Shown here piece after piece: positions 17,140-36,550 of a stretch of DNA of 64,000 nucleotides (its first letter is position 1; each line of letters opens with the position of its first letter). The position numbers were made by a program, and so were the translations under genes. The stretch comes from the human T2T-CHM13v2.0 reference genome, Homo sapiens. The stretch lies in assembly GCF_009914755.1 (NCBI RefSeq), contig NC_060939.1, one strand, 5' to 3'. The notes under the pieces are model-generated. The model was not told the origin of the DNA. It saw only the letters and a list, made by a program, of their open reading frames with translations, and did not search any database.

Positions 17140-17720
17140 CCTCATATATTGGAGGGAATGTAAAATATGCAGCCACTGTGGAAAACAACTTGGCAGTTCC
17201 TCAAAAAGTTAAACCTAGAGTTATCATTATAACCCAGTGATTCTATTCCTAGGTATATCCATTTTCATGTTTACAAAAAAATTGTAAACGTGTTCACACA
17301 AAAATTTGTACACTAATGTTCACAGCAGCGTTATGCATAATAGTTCAAACATGGGAACTAACCCGCATATCCACCAACTAATGAATTAACAAACAAAATG
17401 TGGTATATCTAGACAATTAAATACTATTTGGCCATGGAAAAATATGAAGTACTGATACATGCAATGACATAGATGACCCTTGAAAGCATTATGCTAAGAG
17501 AAAGACACAGAGCCACATATTTTATTTCATTTATATGAAATGTCAAGAATAGGCAAATCTGCGAGACAGAAAGATTTGTGGTTGCCTAGGGCTCGGGGTG
17601 GGAGGAAACAGGGAGTGGTTGCTAATGGGCTTGGGTTTCTTGTGGGGGCGGGGGGATAAAAATGTTCTCAAATTAGATAGTGATGATGGTTATACAACTC
17701 CGTGAACTGAACAACATTTA
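17140..17720 (+). mobile_element. L1MB-type 3' end
   Basis: GCAGCCACTGTGGAAAAC...TTCCTCAAAAAGTTAAAC...CCTTGAAAGCATTATGCTAAG. Confidence 0.85.
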
Positions 17721-17724
17721 AAAA

Positions 17725-18730
17725 ATTGTGGTAAAATATACATAATTAAAACTTACCATTAACCATTAAAATATTAACCATTTCAAGTGTACAGTTCAGT
17801 GGTGTTAAGTACATTCACATTGTTATGCAAACATCATAACCAGCCACCTGCAGAAGCTTTTCATCTTCCCAAACTGAAACTTTGTGCCCATTAAACAATA
17901 ACTCCCTACCTCCCTCCACCTGCATCCCGTGGCAACCAGCATTCTACTTTCTGTATGAATTTATTATTCTAGGCACCTCAGATGAGTGGATTCATACAGT
18001 ATTTACCCTTTTGTGACTTGCTTATTTCACTTAGCATAATGTCTACAAGGTTCATTCATGTTGTGGCATGTGTTAGAATTTTCTTCCTTTTTAAGGCTGA
18101 ATAATATTCCATTATACACTTATGCCACACTTCGTTTAGCCATTCATCCATCATGGATACTTGGGTTGCTTTCACTCTTTTTTTTTTTTTTTTTTGAGAC
18201 AGAGTCTCGCTCTGTCGCCTAGGCTGGAGTGCAGTGGCGTGATCTCGGTTCTCTGAAAGCTCCGCCTCCCGGGTTCATGCCATTCTCCTGCCTGTCTCCC
18301 GAGTAGCTGGGACTACAGGCGCCCACCACCATGCCCGGCTAATTTTTTGTATTTTTAGTAGAGACGGGGTTTCACCGTGTTAGCCAGTATGGTCTTGATC
18401 TCCTGAGCTTTCACCTTTTGACTATTGTGAATAATGCTGCTATGAACATCGATGTACAAATATCTGTTCAAGTCTTTGCTTTCAGTTCTTTTGGATATGT
18501 ACCCAGAAGTGGCATTGCTGGATCATATGGTGATTTTATTTTTAATGTTTTAGGGAACTGCCACACTGTTTTCCATACCGTGTATACCATTTTACTTTCC
18601 CACCAACGGTGCACAAGGGTTCCAATTTCTCCACATCCTCATCAACACTAATTTTCTAGTGTTGTTGTTTATAATAGCCATCCTAATGAGTATAAAATGA
18701 TATCTCATTGCAGTTTTGATTTGCATTTTG
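17725..18730 (-). mobile_element. L1MA/MB-type 3' end with an inserted 5'-truncated AluY-like element (18178-18405)
   Basis: TTATTTCACTTAGCATAATG...GCTGGATCATATGG; Alu TSD GCTTTCACTCTTT/GCTTTCACCTTTT. Confidence 0.85.
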
Positions 18731-19038
18731 AATTGTACATGTTAGGATGAATTTTATATGTGAATTATATCTCAATGAAAAAATGTTCATTGAGAGACCC
18801 AAGTAGCACCAAGCACACCTTGTGCCCAGATCTTGGCTTCTAAACAGCTTTCTTCACTAAAGGGGGCCCAATATGGGGCACAGGAAGTACAAGGTGAGCC
18901 TGGGATATTTCACTGTACAAGAAAGCAAGGAAGTGCTCAAAGAATGGCAAGCATGTCTAAATGACACTGGTCAAATTTGGGAAAATTTGAGCATCAAAAT
19001 GAATAATGACCATAATTATTTGTAAATACCGCAAGTAA

Positions 19039-19388
<350 letters not shown>

Positions 19389-20444
19389 TCATGGTAATAG
19401 AAAGAGAGAAAAAGGCAATTCTTTATGGAAAAGTGCTAGTAGCTAATAGATGTAAAAGGAATGATAGAATTTTAAAGTCACCGTTTTACAACTTCTAATG
19501 AAATAATTTTGGTTCCAGCTTGGTTTGGATGGCAATCCCATCCCAATTGCTGGGATTGGCAATGGATGTTACAGCCATTAGGTGAACAATTACTAGAGAA
19601 CCAAATATTCACATGATTATTTGAATCATGCAGATTATTCGTTAACTGCAAATGGAAACATACATTTGCAATGAAGAAATCTGGCAATTACCACCTTAAG
19701 CAAGTAATCAAACTCAACATCATGAATCATAGAAAAACTTGATATGTATGCTTCCTAACATGATGTAATATTAAGCATACAACATCACCTACAAAGCATT
19801 TTTACTAAAATGTGTGGCCTGAGTGTAAGCAAGCTCCTCTAGACCGGGTCTCTACCTTTCAGGAATTCAGGGAATAGTGGGACAATTTAAAGAACACCAT
19901 GCAGAATATTTAACAAGGCAATTGACCTGAAATCTTCAAAAAGCCAATATCATGAAAAGAAGCAGTAGCAGTAGCAAGGGGACTGCTGTAGATGAAAAAC
20001 ACTTGAGGGACCTAATTAAACAATTGCAACAACAAAACACACCTGTTCAGTGAGGGCCTACTGCTAGCTGTACTCAGATTTTATAAATGAATGCAAAAAT
20101 GATGCAGGCACATTGATTTATCATGTATTAGCGATAATCTAAAATATTTATTATTAAAACATTTTAATAAATGGAAATTTTTATTGCAATTTTCTTTCGT
20201 ATTCCCCCCCATGGGAAAAGAAACCATAATCATATAAATGGCTATCCTTGAAAGCAGATAATATAACATGTGCTCCAAGATATTTGTATGATTTATCACT
20301 AAATCACAGATTCAGCCTGGAAGAAAATAGAAATGTATGGAACAATTTTTCATTTAATTGGGCATGAGAAACCTTTCTACCTGTTAATGTCATTAATTGC
20401 AACATGGGCATCTCCATAACATAATATTTCTAGACATAATGTGC

Positions 20445-20749
<305 letters not shown>

Positions 20750-20756
20750 TAAAATA

Positions 20757-21072
20757 TCACTGTCCAACAGAAATATAATGTGAGCCACAAATGTCAGCCC
20801 ATATATAATTTTACGTTTTCTAGTAGTCACATTAAAACAAGTAAAAAGAAAATAGGTAAAATTAATTTTAATATTTATATTTTACTCAATATATCCAAAA
20901 TACTATCATTTCAATAACTAATCAGTATAAAATGATTAAAGAGATATTTTATATTCTTTTATTGTACTAAGTCTTTGAAATCCAGTGTATATATTACGCT
21001 TTCAGCAAATCTCAATTGGGACTGGCCACATTTCAAGTACTCAGTAGTGGCTTACATGTGGGACAGTTCCAG
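20757..21072. mobile_element. MER33 (hAT-Charlie) DNA transposon fossil
   Basis: CTGTCCAACAGAAATATAATGTGAGCCACA...GCCACATTTCAAGTACTCAG...GGACAG. Confidence 0.85.
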
Positions 21073-21492
21073 TCTGAAATAAAAATACTGGGCCTAATAG
21101 AATTGGCTTTACGTGTTGCAAGTGAGCAGTATTAAGTACCACATTTTCAAAGGTGAACTTTCCAAATACGTACTTTTGATTTGCATTTGTTCTGGAATAT
21201 TTTCAAGAATGGAAAAATAAGCTGAAAAATTCTATTTACCTAGCAAGCAACTAATATTTTTGCATTTAGGATAAGAGAGTGGAGATAACAGTGAAAAGAA
21301 AAGAGAACCTTCAAGCTTTGTATGTATATGTCAGAATCATGAAACACTGAATTACCTTATAATACAGTTTGCCACTAGGGTCTGAATGCTAGGGACATAA
21401 AAGTTCCAAATCCTGTCTATCCTTCCTTCAAACCAGACTTTGCATTTTCCCGTTAGGTTCCCACTGCCCAGACCTTCTTAACCTAAACTCTT

Positions 21493-21776
21493 TGCCAGTT
21501 TTTAATGTAGGCTTCCAAATAGACATGATCTGTGTGGATGCATGGGAGGAGAGGGGAGTGAAGAGTCTGGACCCCCACAAACCAGTCTTGGCTCTGCCAA
21601 TAACTGAGGAGGATATCCAGGGAAATGCCTTTCACCCCCTGGGCCCGGTTTCCTTATCTATGAGACAAAGAGATCCAACCAGGATAATCCTACAGATTCT
21701 TCTAGATCTTTATTATTTCATTTTCATGAACACTTTTAATATACGTATGTTACATATAGTCATTCTCACCCAACTA
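21493..21776 (+). repeat. 284-bp direct repeat, copy 1
   Basis: Ungapped match to 22663-22946, 15 mismatches by hand count. Confidence 0.95.
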
Positions 21777-22485
21777 CCTGGGTTGGTAAAGAAGACTTCT
21801 CTCTGTTGTCTCCGCTCCTGAAGTTGCCCCAGCTCTGCCTCACAGATACCGCCAGATTTGTCCTTCTTTTCCATGCCCCTGCCTCGAAGACCAGGTGTAG
21901 CCCCAGCCACCTCATTGTGTCCCAGCCATCCTTAATGGAAGGTTTCTATTATCTGGACTAACCTCATCTTTCCACCTTGAATGCCATCTACCTCCCCGCA
22001 GCAACCCAGGCTCATGCAATTTCCCTCAGCTAAGACATTCTCCCCAAACTCCACCTGGCTACTTAAGTCCTCTTTCACTGCCTAGTGTACATTTCATTGC
22101 CTTCAAGGCACCTCTGCTGTCCTGACTGTTGGCAGGCTGCTCTCATCTTCCTCTGCCCATGTTGGGGTCACTTGTGGTTCACTGCCATTCACGTCTCCTG
22201 ATTGTTCCCATGTGTATCTTATCTCACTTGCGAGCCTGCAGGGACAGCTTACTGATTCCTACAGATTCATGCCTCTGTACTCTCCTCAGCCTCACACTGG
22301 TGCTGAGCTCACAATAGGCACTCAGCAGATACTTATGGACCTTTCCAAGGCTTCCCCAGAGTTTAGGGAGGAGACCTCTAGAATGCCAAAAGACAAACAT
22401 AATACTTGCACTTGAAAAAGTGTGTATGGGGCCCACTGCTACTTTGCCTGGAGAAAAGATCAGGTTGTGGAAGACATTGGCCATT

Positions 22486-22690
22486 TGTGGTAGATTAATT
22501 GCAAAAATATTCTAGAGTCTTCACCCTGTCCTATAGCCATATCTGTTGCAATGTGGCTTTGCAGGTCCTCCTATTGGGAGGTGGAGTCCACTTCCCCAGC
22601 CTCGAATCTGGGCTGGCCATGTGACCTGCTTTGGCCATTACAATGAGACAGAAGAGAAAAAGTGCCAGTTATGAATGTAGGCTTCCAAAA
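22486..22690 (+). mobile_element. MLT1-type LTR fragment
   Basis: GGTGGAGTCCACTTCCCC...GAATCTGGGCTGGCCATGTGACCTGCTTTGGCC. Confidence 0.75.
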
Positions 22691-22946
22691 AAACATGATC
22701 CGTGTGGACACATGGGAGGAGAGGGGAGTGAAGAGTCTGGACCCCCACAAACCAGTCTTGGCTCTGCTAATAACCGAGGAGGATACCCAGGGAAATGCCT
22801 TTCGCCCCCTGGGCCCGGTTTCCTTATCTATGAGACAAAGAGATCCAACCAGGATAATCCTACAGATTCTTCTAGATCTTTATTATTTCATGTTCATGAA
22901 CACTTTTAATATATGTATGTTACATACAGCCATTCTCACCCAACTA
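22663..22946 (+). repeat. 284-bp direct repeat, copy 2 (probable donor)
   Basis: Matches 21493-21776 and is contiguous with the MLT1 fragment. Confidence 0.95.
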
Positions 22947-23065
22947 GACTAATGAATGAAATTAATTGCCAGCTATTGTGGAAAAATATTCTCTATGTGG
23001 AAAGTACTCTGTATGTAAAAGTGACACTCCAGCTGTTGTGTTCACATAGTTTTAGTAATCACTAA

Positions 23066-23497
<432 letters not shown>

Positions 23498-25149
23498 TAA
23501 TTTATCTTAACTTTTGGGGAAACAAACTCACATACATTAAACAACCTCTGTGAGGTCACACAATTAGTGAATGGTAGGTGGGGCTGGGACGTAGACCCTG
23601 GTCCTACCCAGAATGCATACCCTCCCCACTGGGCCACAGGGCCCTGCAACAGTTGGGATATCTCACAGTGACACATGTCTGTTAAATTAGTTACCTACAT
23701 GCATTCTAGTGTGAAGACAACCCAGTGATACACCTTTAAAGCTATAAATTTTTTTATACCTTAATTATTTTCCTCCCAACTTTAGGCCTAGGGGCAAGTC
23801 CATAATCAGGGTTTTCTTCTAACTCTTGTTTCTTTGGAACAATTCTCCCAGGTACGGTCTGTCATGGTCAGGGATGCACATTTCAGAGAATCACATGTGA
23901 ATGTTGTATCCAAATGACATGATATCTGACTTCATAAGGTACACTGATGAGTGGAAGAGAAAGATGTTCTTATAACTTTAAACTTTATTGGACATCAGTG
24001 CTGATAGTGTAGTGTAAATTAATACTCTAATAAATCTACGATTATCTTAGAGTACATAATAAAATAAAAATGTACCTGTTTTGTATTTTAAAGAAGGTCA
24101 CATTTATTATATGTAAAAATTTTAAATACGCTCCAATTTTTGTAACCTTTGCTGAAAGTTTCTTTGTTTTATAATATAGACTTGATAAAAGGAAGAAATG
24201 GGCTTCTATTAAGAGAAACAGTTTCTGTTCATATCCGAGTCATTCAAGGTACAGATAACCCTATAAAGATGGCTGGTTTCACGTTAGCCCCTTTTAGAGA
24301 GGAACAAAATATACCTAATTTCTTCTAGCACCAAAATAGACAATTATTCTAGAAGGATGGTTGTCTACATACACTCTAATCCTACTCGGGAAACCAGGCA
24401 GTGAATCTATTGACTTCCCAACTCAAAGAAACTTTCAGCAAAAAACACAAAAACAAAACTCAAATGTAGATTTCTGCTTCTAGGTGTGACAGAGTAGTTG
24501 GTACCATATTTTCTCTCCTACTGAGAACCACTATGAAAACTAGATTTAAAAAGCTATTTTATGAAAGCTGTTTGAAAGCACTAGAGAAGAAGCAGGATAG
24601 CTAGGACTTGAAGGACCAATATCCTGAAGCAAAGAGAAGTGAATTGAGTTGTTTTCTAAATGCATTCTCAGTAGCTTTTCCCCTTGGGGTGTTTGCAAAT
24701 TCACAGTTCTGGCGGTGGAAGCTGAATAGAAAGCAGCAGCCCAGAACCTTCAGCAAGCTTACTGGGCCCGGGAGACAAAAATTGCAGTTCAGTGCTACCT
24801 AGACAGCTAGGATTTAAGGGGTCAAGATCCCAGAAAAAAGGAAACTACAAAGAAGTGAGCCTGAAATTCTATTTATAATCTCCTTTTAAGGCATTTGCTG
24901 ACACCAAAGTTGAGCTTATAAGATTCCAAAATAAAATAAAATAAAATAAAATAAAATAAACATGAAGAGAAAGGTGCAAAGGGGCTAAAAAGCTAAGCAG
25001 CGATTTTGGCAGTTTCATATTTATGAGGAGACAAATATTGAAGTTCAGAATTCATCATGGATGAAAGACCCTCGTAAAACCCAGGCCCTTCACTTGAGCC
25101 CCCTGAACAGGTGATGCCTTAGGCAAACTGGATGTAGAGCAGCATTGGC

Positions 25150-26935
25150 GGAACAAGATGATCTGCTTTAATCTCTCTGTCTGATAGTGTGAGGAGAGTG
25201 TCCATGCGGGGGCGGTTTGGCGTGTCAGAGCTGGAACAACATGAAGACAGCTGCCCAGCACAGGGTGGGAAGGTGTCCATGCAGCAAGGGGAGGGTGAGA
25301 GCCAGACCAGAGCCAGGTGAGAAGCACATTCACAAGGGGGAGCCCATCCGGGGCGTGGGGATCCCAAGCAGGGTGAAGAGGATACCCAGGGTGAGGGGCA
25401 AGAGCTGTCACGGGTGTCAGAGCCTGAGCCAGGTGAGGACCGGCATTCACATGGGAGCTGGGGAGGCCCTGGGTGAGGTTTCAGAGCCTCAGCAGGGGAA
25501 AGGAGGGCCTCCATGTCGAAGGCCAGCCCAGCATTGGGTGTTGGAGCCCGAGCAGAGTGAGGAGGGTGTTCATACAGGAGGCTGGTCTGAGGGGAGTTGT
25601 TGAACCTGGACATGAGTTTTGCATGAGGGAGGAGTGGGTGGCAGTGATGTCAAACTGGTTCCATACTGAATAGCTAGACATATTAAGGATGATTGGAGCC
25701 AGGTTTCTCACTGTCAGAGAAGAGAGCACAAACCTGGAAAGGGATTAAACTAGAATGAGCCCTGAGATGCTGGACTGGAACTGAAGGTATTGGTGTAAGC
25801 TAATAGTTCTCAATTTACATAGATAGAGATAGAAATAAATATAGATAGAAATATATGTATGTGTGTATGCATATATATACACACCACATACACATATATG
25901 CATACATACATATTTTGTGTGTACACACATAATATATATGCATATAATTGTATTATATAGACACTTGCCCTGTCTACTGAAAGGGCCTGGGAGAAGGAAC
26001 CCCCCAACAGTGAAGAGTCCAAGGGAAGCCTGGGACATATTGTTGTGCCTGAAAGCCAGAAAGTGCTAAAGAATGATGAGGATATGTGAAAAGGACAGAG
26101 AAACCAGCTTGAAAGGACTCTTACTAGCCAAATCAGGGACAATTTAAGCATCAAAATACATAGTGAATAGTAATAGATTATGACCATTGAATTAAATAGG
26201 ATGGAAGAGTATGGACCATGAGTCCATACTGATATAAATAGGTAAACAAATAGAAAGTTTCACGACGAGCAAGACATTTACGTGCTCTAAAATGATTTCC
26301 CCATAAATATTTATTAATTGTGAGGGACAATAGAGTGGCTTTAGCTACATATTGAGTGATTCTACTTACATTTTTTAGCTACACACTGTATGATTCCATT
26401 TATATGACCTTATCCTCTAAAGCACAAAGACATTATGGAAAAGGCAAAACTGTAGGGATGGAGAACAGATCAGTGGTTGTTTGGTGTAAGGGGTTGGGGG
26501 AGGGCTTTACTACAAAGCAGCAGCATGAAAAACATTTTCTAGAGTGATGGAACTGTTCTATATCTTGACTACAATGGTGGTTACATTGTTATATATATTT
26601 GTCAAAACTCATAGAACTATGCGCCAAGAGTGATTTTTGCTGTGTGCAACTTTTTTTTAAACCAAAAGGAGCAACTTTATAGTGGAAAAGCCTGGGAGAC
26701 AACACTTTAATCAAACAATCAAAGTGAACATTGTCAGCGATGAGACAAATTGAAACCTGAAAACTAAGAGGATGTAGCAAGAAAAACCAGCACCCACTTT
26801 TGTGATATTCCTGACAAAAATGCATAACCTGAATCTATGAGGAATCACCAGAGAAACCCAGATGAATTGGGATTCTACAAAATACCTGCCCTGTAATCTT
26901 TAAAAGTGTCAAAGCCATGAAAGTTAAAAAAAAAA
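25150..26935 (+). mobile_element. L1MD/L1MC-type 3' region with an internal degenerate tandem repeat
   Basis: GTCAGAGCC...GGGTGAGGAG units 25180-25610; parallels 12030-14190. Confidence 0.7.
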
Positions 26936-26939
26936 AAAA

Positions 26940-31010
<4,071 letters not shown>

Positions 31011-31019
31011 ATATATCTG

Positions 31020-31380
31020 TATCAATCAGCTTTTACTAAGTTACACTGCTATAAAAAAATAACCTCTAGACCTCAGCAGCTTTCGGGAAAAAAAGATTTA
31101 CTTTTCTTTACATTACATGTAAGCTGCTGGTCATACTCTAGCCTTTGGATGGGCTATGGGTCTGCTCTACTTGTCTTTTCATCCTGGGACACAGGCTGAA
31201 GAAGCAACCTCTATCTGGGTCATACCATTCTCATGGAAGAAGGAAAAGAATAAGAGAGCAGACAGAAACTTGCAGTCCCACTTCCAGTTTCTGCCAGAAC
31301 CAGCAAACTGTCACCTTTGCTTACATTTTACCCATCAAAGACCAACATGATGTCAACGGAGTAAAGAAATAGACTCCTTC
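31020..31380. mobile_element. MLT1K/L-type LTR, split by the SVA (continues ~33665-33790)
   Basis: TCATCCTGGGACACAGGCTGAAGAAGCAACCTCTATCTGGG motif. Confidence 0.6.
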
Positions 31381-33664
31381 TTTTTTTTTTTTTAATTTTT
31401 TGTATTTTTTTTTTATTTTTTTATTATTTTTTTTTGTTTTATTATTATTATTTTTTTTTATTGATCATTCTTGGGTGTTTCTCGCAGAGGGGGATTTGGC
31501 AGGGTCACAGGACAATAGTGGAGGGAAGGTCAGCAGATAAACAAGTGAACAAAGGTCTCTGGTTTTCCTAGGCAGAGGACCCTGCGGCCTTCCGCAGTGT
31601 TTGTGTCCCTGGGTACTTGAGATTAGGGAGTGGTGATGACTCTTAACGAGCATGCTGCCTTCAAGCGTCTGTTTAACAAAGCACATCTTGCACCACCCTT
31701 AATCCATTTAACCCTGAGTGGACACAGCACATGTTTCAGAGAGCACAGGGTTGGGGGTAAGGTCACAGATCAACAGGATCCCAAGGCAGAAGAATTTTTC
31801 TTAGTACAGAACAAAATGAAAAGTCTCCCATGTCTACCTCTTTCTACACAGACTCGGCAACCATCCGATTTCTCATTCTTTTCCCCACCTTTCCCCCCTT
31901 TCTATTCCACAAAACTGCCATTGTCATCATGGCCCGTTCTCAATGAGCTGTTGGGTACACCTCCCAGACGGGGTGGCGGCCGGGCAGAGGGGCTCCTCAC
32001 TTCCCAGTAGGGGCGGCCGGGCAGAGGCGCCCCTCACCTCCCGGACGGGGCAGCTGGCCGGGCGGGGGGCTGACCCCCCCACCTCCCTCCCAGATGGGGC
32101 GGCTGGCCGGGCAGAGGGGCTCCTCACTTCCCAGGAAGGGCGGCCGGGCAGAGGCGCCCCTCACCTCCCGGATGGGGCGGCTGGCCGGGCGGGGGGCTGA
32201 CCCCCCCACCTCCCTCCCGGATGGGGCGGCTGGCCGGGCAGAGGGGCTCCTCACTTCCCAGTAGGGGCGGCCGGGCAGAGGCGCCCCTCACCTCCCGGAC
32301 GGGGTGGCTGGCCGGGCGGGGGGCTGACCCCCCCACCTCCCTCCCGGACGGGGCGGCTGGCCGGGCGGGGGGCTGACCCCCCCCACCTCCCTCCGGGACG
32401 GGGCGGCTGGCCGGGCAGAGGGGCTCCTCACTTCCCAGGAAGGGCGGCCGGGCAGAGGCGCCCCTCACCTCCCGGATGGGGCGGCTGGCCGGGCGGGGGG
32501 CTGACCCCCCCACCTCCCTCCCGGATGGGGCGGCTGGCCAGGCGGGGGGCTGACCCCCCCAACTCCCTCCCGGACGGGGCGGCTGGCCGGGCAGAGGGGC
32601 TCCTCACTTCCCAGTAGGGGCGGCCGGGCAGAGGCGCCCCTCACCTCCCGGACGGGGTGGCTGGCCGGGCGGGGGGCTGACCCCCCCACCTCCCTCCCGG
32701 ACGGGGCGGCTGGCCGGGCGGGGGGCTGACCCCCCCCACCTCCCTCCGGGACGGGGCGGCTGGCCGGGCAGAGGGGCTCCTCACTTCCCAGTAGGGGCGG
32801 CTGGGCAGAGGCGCCCCTCACCTCCCGGACGGGGCGGCTGGCCGGGCGGGGGGCTGACCCCCCCATCTCCCTCCCGGACGGGGCGGCTGCCGGGCGGAGA
32901 CGCTCCTCACTTCCCAGACAGGGTGGCTGCCGGGCGGAGGGGCTCCTCACTTCTCAGACAGGGCGGTTGCCAGTCAGAGGGTCTCCTCACTTCTCAGACG
33001 GGGCGGCCGGGGAGAGACACTCCTCACATCCCGGACGGGGCGACAGGGCAGAGGCGCTCCCCACATCTCAGACGATGGGCGGCCGGGCAGAGACGCTCCT
33101 CACTTCCTAGATGGGATGGCGGCCAGGCAGAGACGCTCCTCACTTTCCAGACTGGGCAGCCAGGCAGAGGGGCTCCTCACATCCCAGACGATGGGCGGCC
33201 AGGCAGAGACGCTCCTCACTTCCCAGACGGGGTGGCGGCCGGGCAGAGGCTGCAATCTCGGCACTTTGGGAGGCCAAGGCAGGCGGCTGGGAGGTGGATG
33301 TTGTAGCGAGCCGAGATCACGCCACTGCACTCCAGCCTGGGCACCATTAAGCACTGAGTGAAGGAGACTCCGTCTGCAATCCCGGCACCTTGGGAGGCCG
33401 AGGCTGGCGGATCACTCGCGGTTAGGAGCTGGAGACCTGCCCGGCCAACACAGCGAAACCCCGTCTCCACCCAAAGAATACGAAAACCAGTCAGGCGTGG
33501 CGGCGCGCGCCTGCAATCGCAGGCACTCGGCAGGCTGAGGCAGGAGAATCAGGCAGGGAGGTTGCAGTGAGCCGAGATGGCAGCAGTACAGTCCAGCTTC
33601 GGCTCGGCATCAGAGGGAGACCGTGGAAAGAGGGGAGAGGGAGAGGGAGAGGGAGAGGGAGAGC
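31381..33664 (-). mobile_element. Full-length SVA retrotransposon (SVA_D-like)
   Basis: On -: (CCCTCT)n ~33633-33663, Alu-like domain ~33240-33630, GC-rich VNTR ~31960-33240, SINE-R ~31465-31960, A tail 31381-31460; perfect TSD AGAAATAGACTCCTTC 31365-31380 / 33665-33680. Confidence 0.97.
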
Positions 33665-33865
33665 AGAAATAGACTCCTTCTATAAGAAAGCTACAAATCG
33701 CAGGGCAAGAGAAGTGGGGACGGAAGGATATATAATCCTCACCCAGGGAAGAGGGATTACATAATTGAGAATAATAATAGATTCCTACAGCATTTGCAAA
33801 TAGTAAGTACATTTTCCTATGTAATCACAACACATTGTCACCTCTAACAAAATTAACAATAATTA

Positions 33866-34198
<333 letters not shown>

Positions 34199-34324
34199 TA
34201 GTATCATCTAATACCTAGTCTGTATCCAAATTTTCCAATTATCTCCAAAATATACTTAAAATTTACTTTATTGAAACCAGGATATAACCAAGGACCAATG
34301 TAATGTGGTTACATGTTTTAAAGG

Positions 34325-34578
<254 letters not shown>

Positions 34579-35322
34579 TAAATTAAACCATACTAGGAGG
34601 CAAGAAGGATGACAAGATTGATCATTAAGTTAAGGTTTTTGACAACCTATTCCTCCAATGTAAAGGTGATTTTTTTTCCTCTTTTAATCAAATGATGTGT
34701 TGTGTGAGACTTGTGAACTATGTGAATATTCAGTTTCTAACCAACTTTTCATTCAAAGGCTTTAGCATCCACAGATAAGCCTATCTGAATTAATCATTTT
34801 TTCGGTTGTAATAAAATTATAACTTTCTATCATTATTTTTACATTTGTTAGCTGTCAAACAATATGCCCTTTCTGTGTAAAGAAGGGCTTTCCTCATCAA
34901 TATATACAGTGTCATTTATGAGAAAGATATTAAAAATAAAACTCTTAGGATTCTATACATTGAGTTTTTAATCTTTTTAAACATTAATATTATAAGTACT
35001 TTTCTATATATTTATTTTGAAAATATTTTGATGGCTATGCAAAATGTATTATGGTGATGATGATGATGAGTATAAATCTAACAAAAATGTATGGAATTTA
35101 TATGCTGAGCATTACAAAATAGTTTCTCATGTTTTCTTGACTTTCACATCTCTGACTCTTTAAAAAAATTACAGGGCAAGTATTTTGCAGAATGTCAGTC
35201 AATTTGGTTTTGTGGTTAGATTCAGGTTATTCATCTAGAATTTCTAGAATTCTGGAATGTCTACTTGGGTTTTAAAAATGTTTTCCCATTTTTCTATTGA
35301 GATTCCCTATTTAAGATATTTA

Positions 35323-35529
<207 letters not shown>

Positions 35530-35546
35530 CTAATTTCAACATCTGA

Positions 35547-35947
<401 letters not shown>

Positions 35948-36200
35948 GATTGGTTAGAATAATCTGTTGTAGAAACTCTGGGTTATGGTATCTTCCTCCA
36001 AAGAGCATTACATTTTGTTATGGCAGTGATTAAATTGCTGGCAAATCAACTTTATCCTGTGGGGCTTAGTTTTAGGCTTTGTCAGGGTAGATATATTCAT
36101 TTTGCCCTTGGTTCCAGGATGTGATCTTTATCCCTAAGGTGTGGTAAGGTGTGGTCCTTTTGACATTTCAATGGAAAGCCCAACATATTTATCCAATTCC

Positions 36201-36550
<350 letters not shown>

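Noticed and set aside
21493-22946. Possible LTR pair flanking a 0.9-kb internal region
   Set aside because: No TG...CA termini, TSD, PBS or PPT; the unit is a chimera of an MLT1 tail and MIR-like sequence, and the interior is L2/MLT1
25150-25620. ~55-65 bp periodic GTCAGAGCC units (also at 12080-12590) resembling a repeat-spacer array
   Set aside because: Units are degenerate along their whole length and occur twice in the same L1MD/MC-type 3' context, so this is an internal L1 repeat, not CRISPR-like
31630-33812. Pro/Gly/Arg-rich repetitive ORFs up to 161 aa
   Set aside because: Translations of the stop-poor SVA VNTR and Alu-like domain
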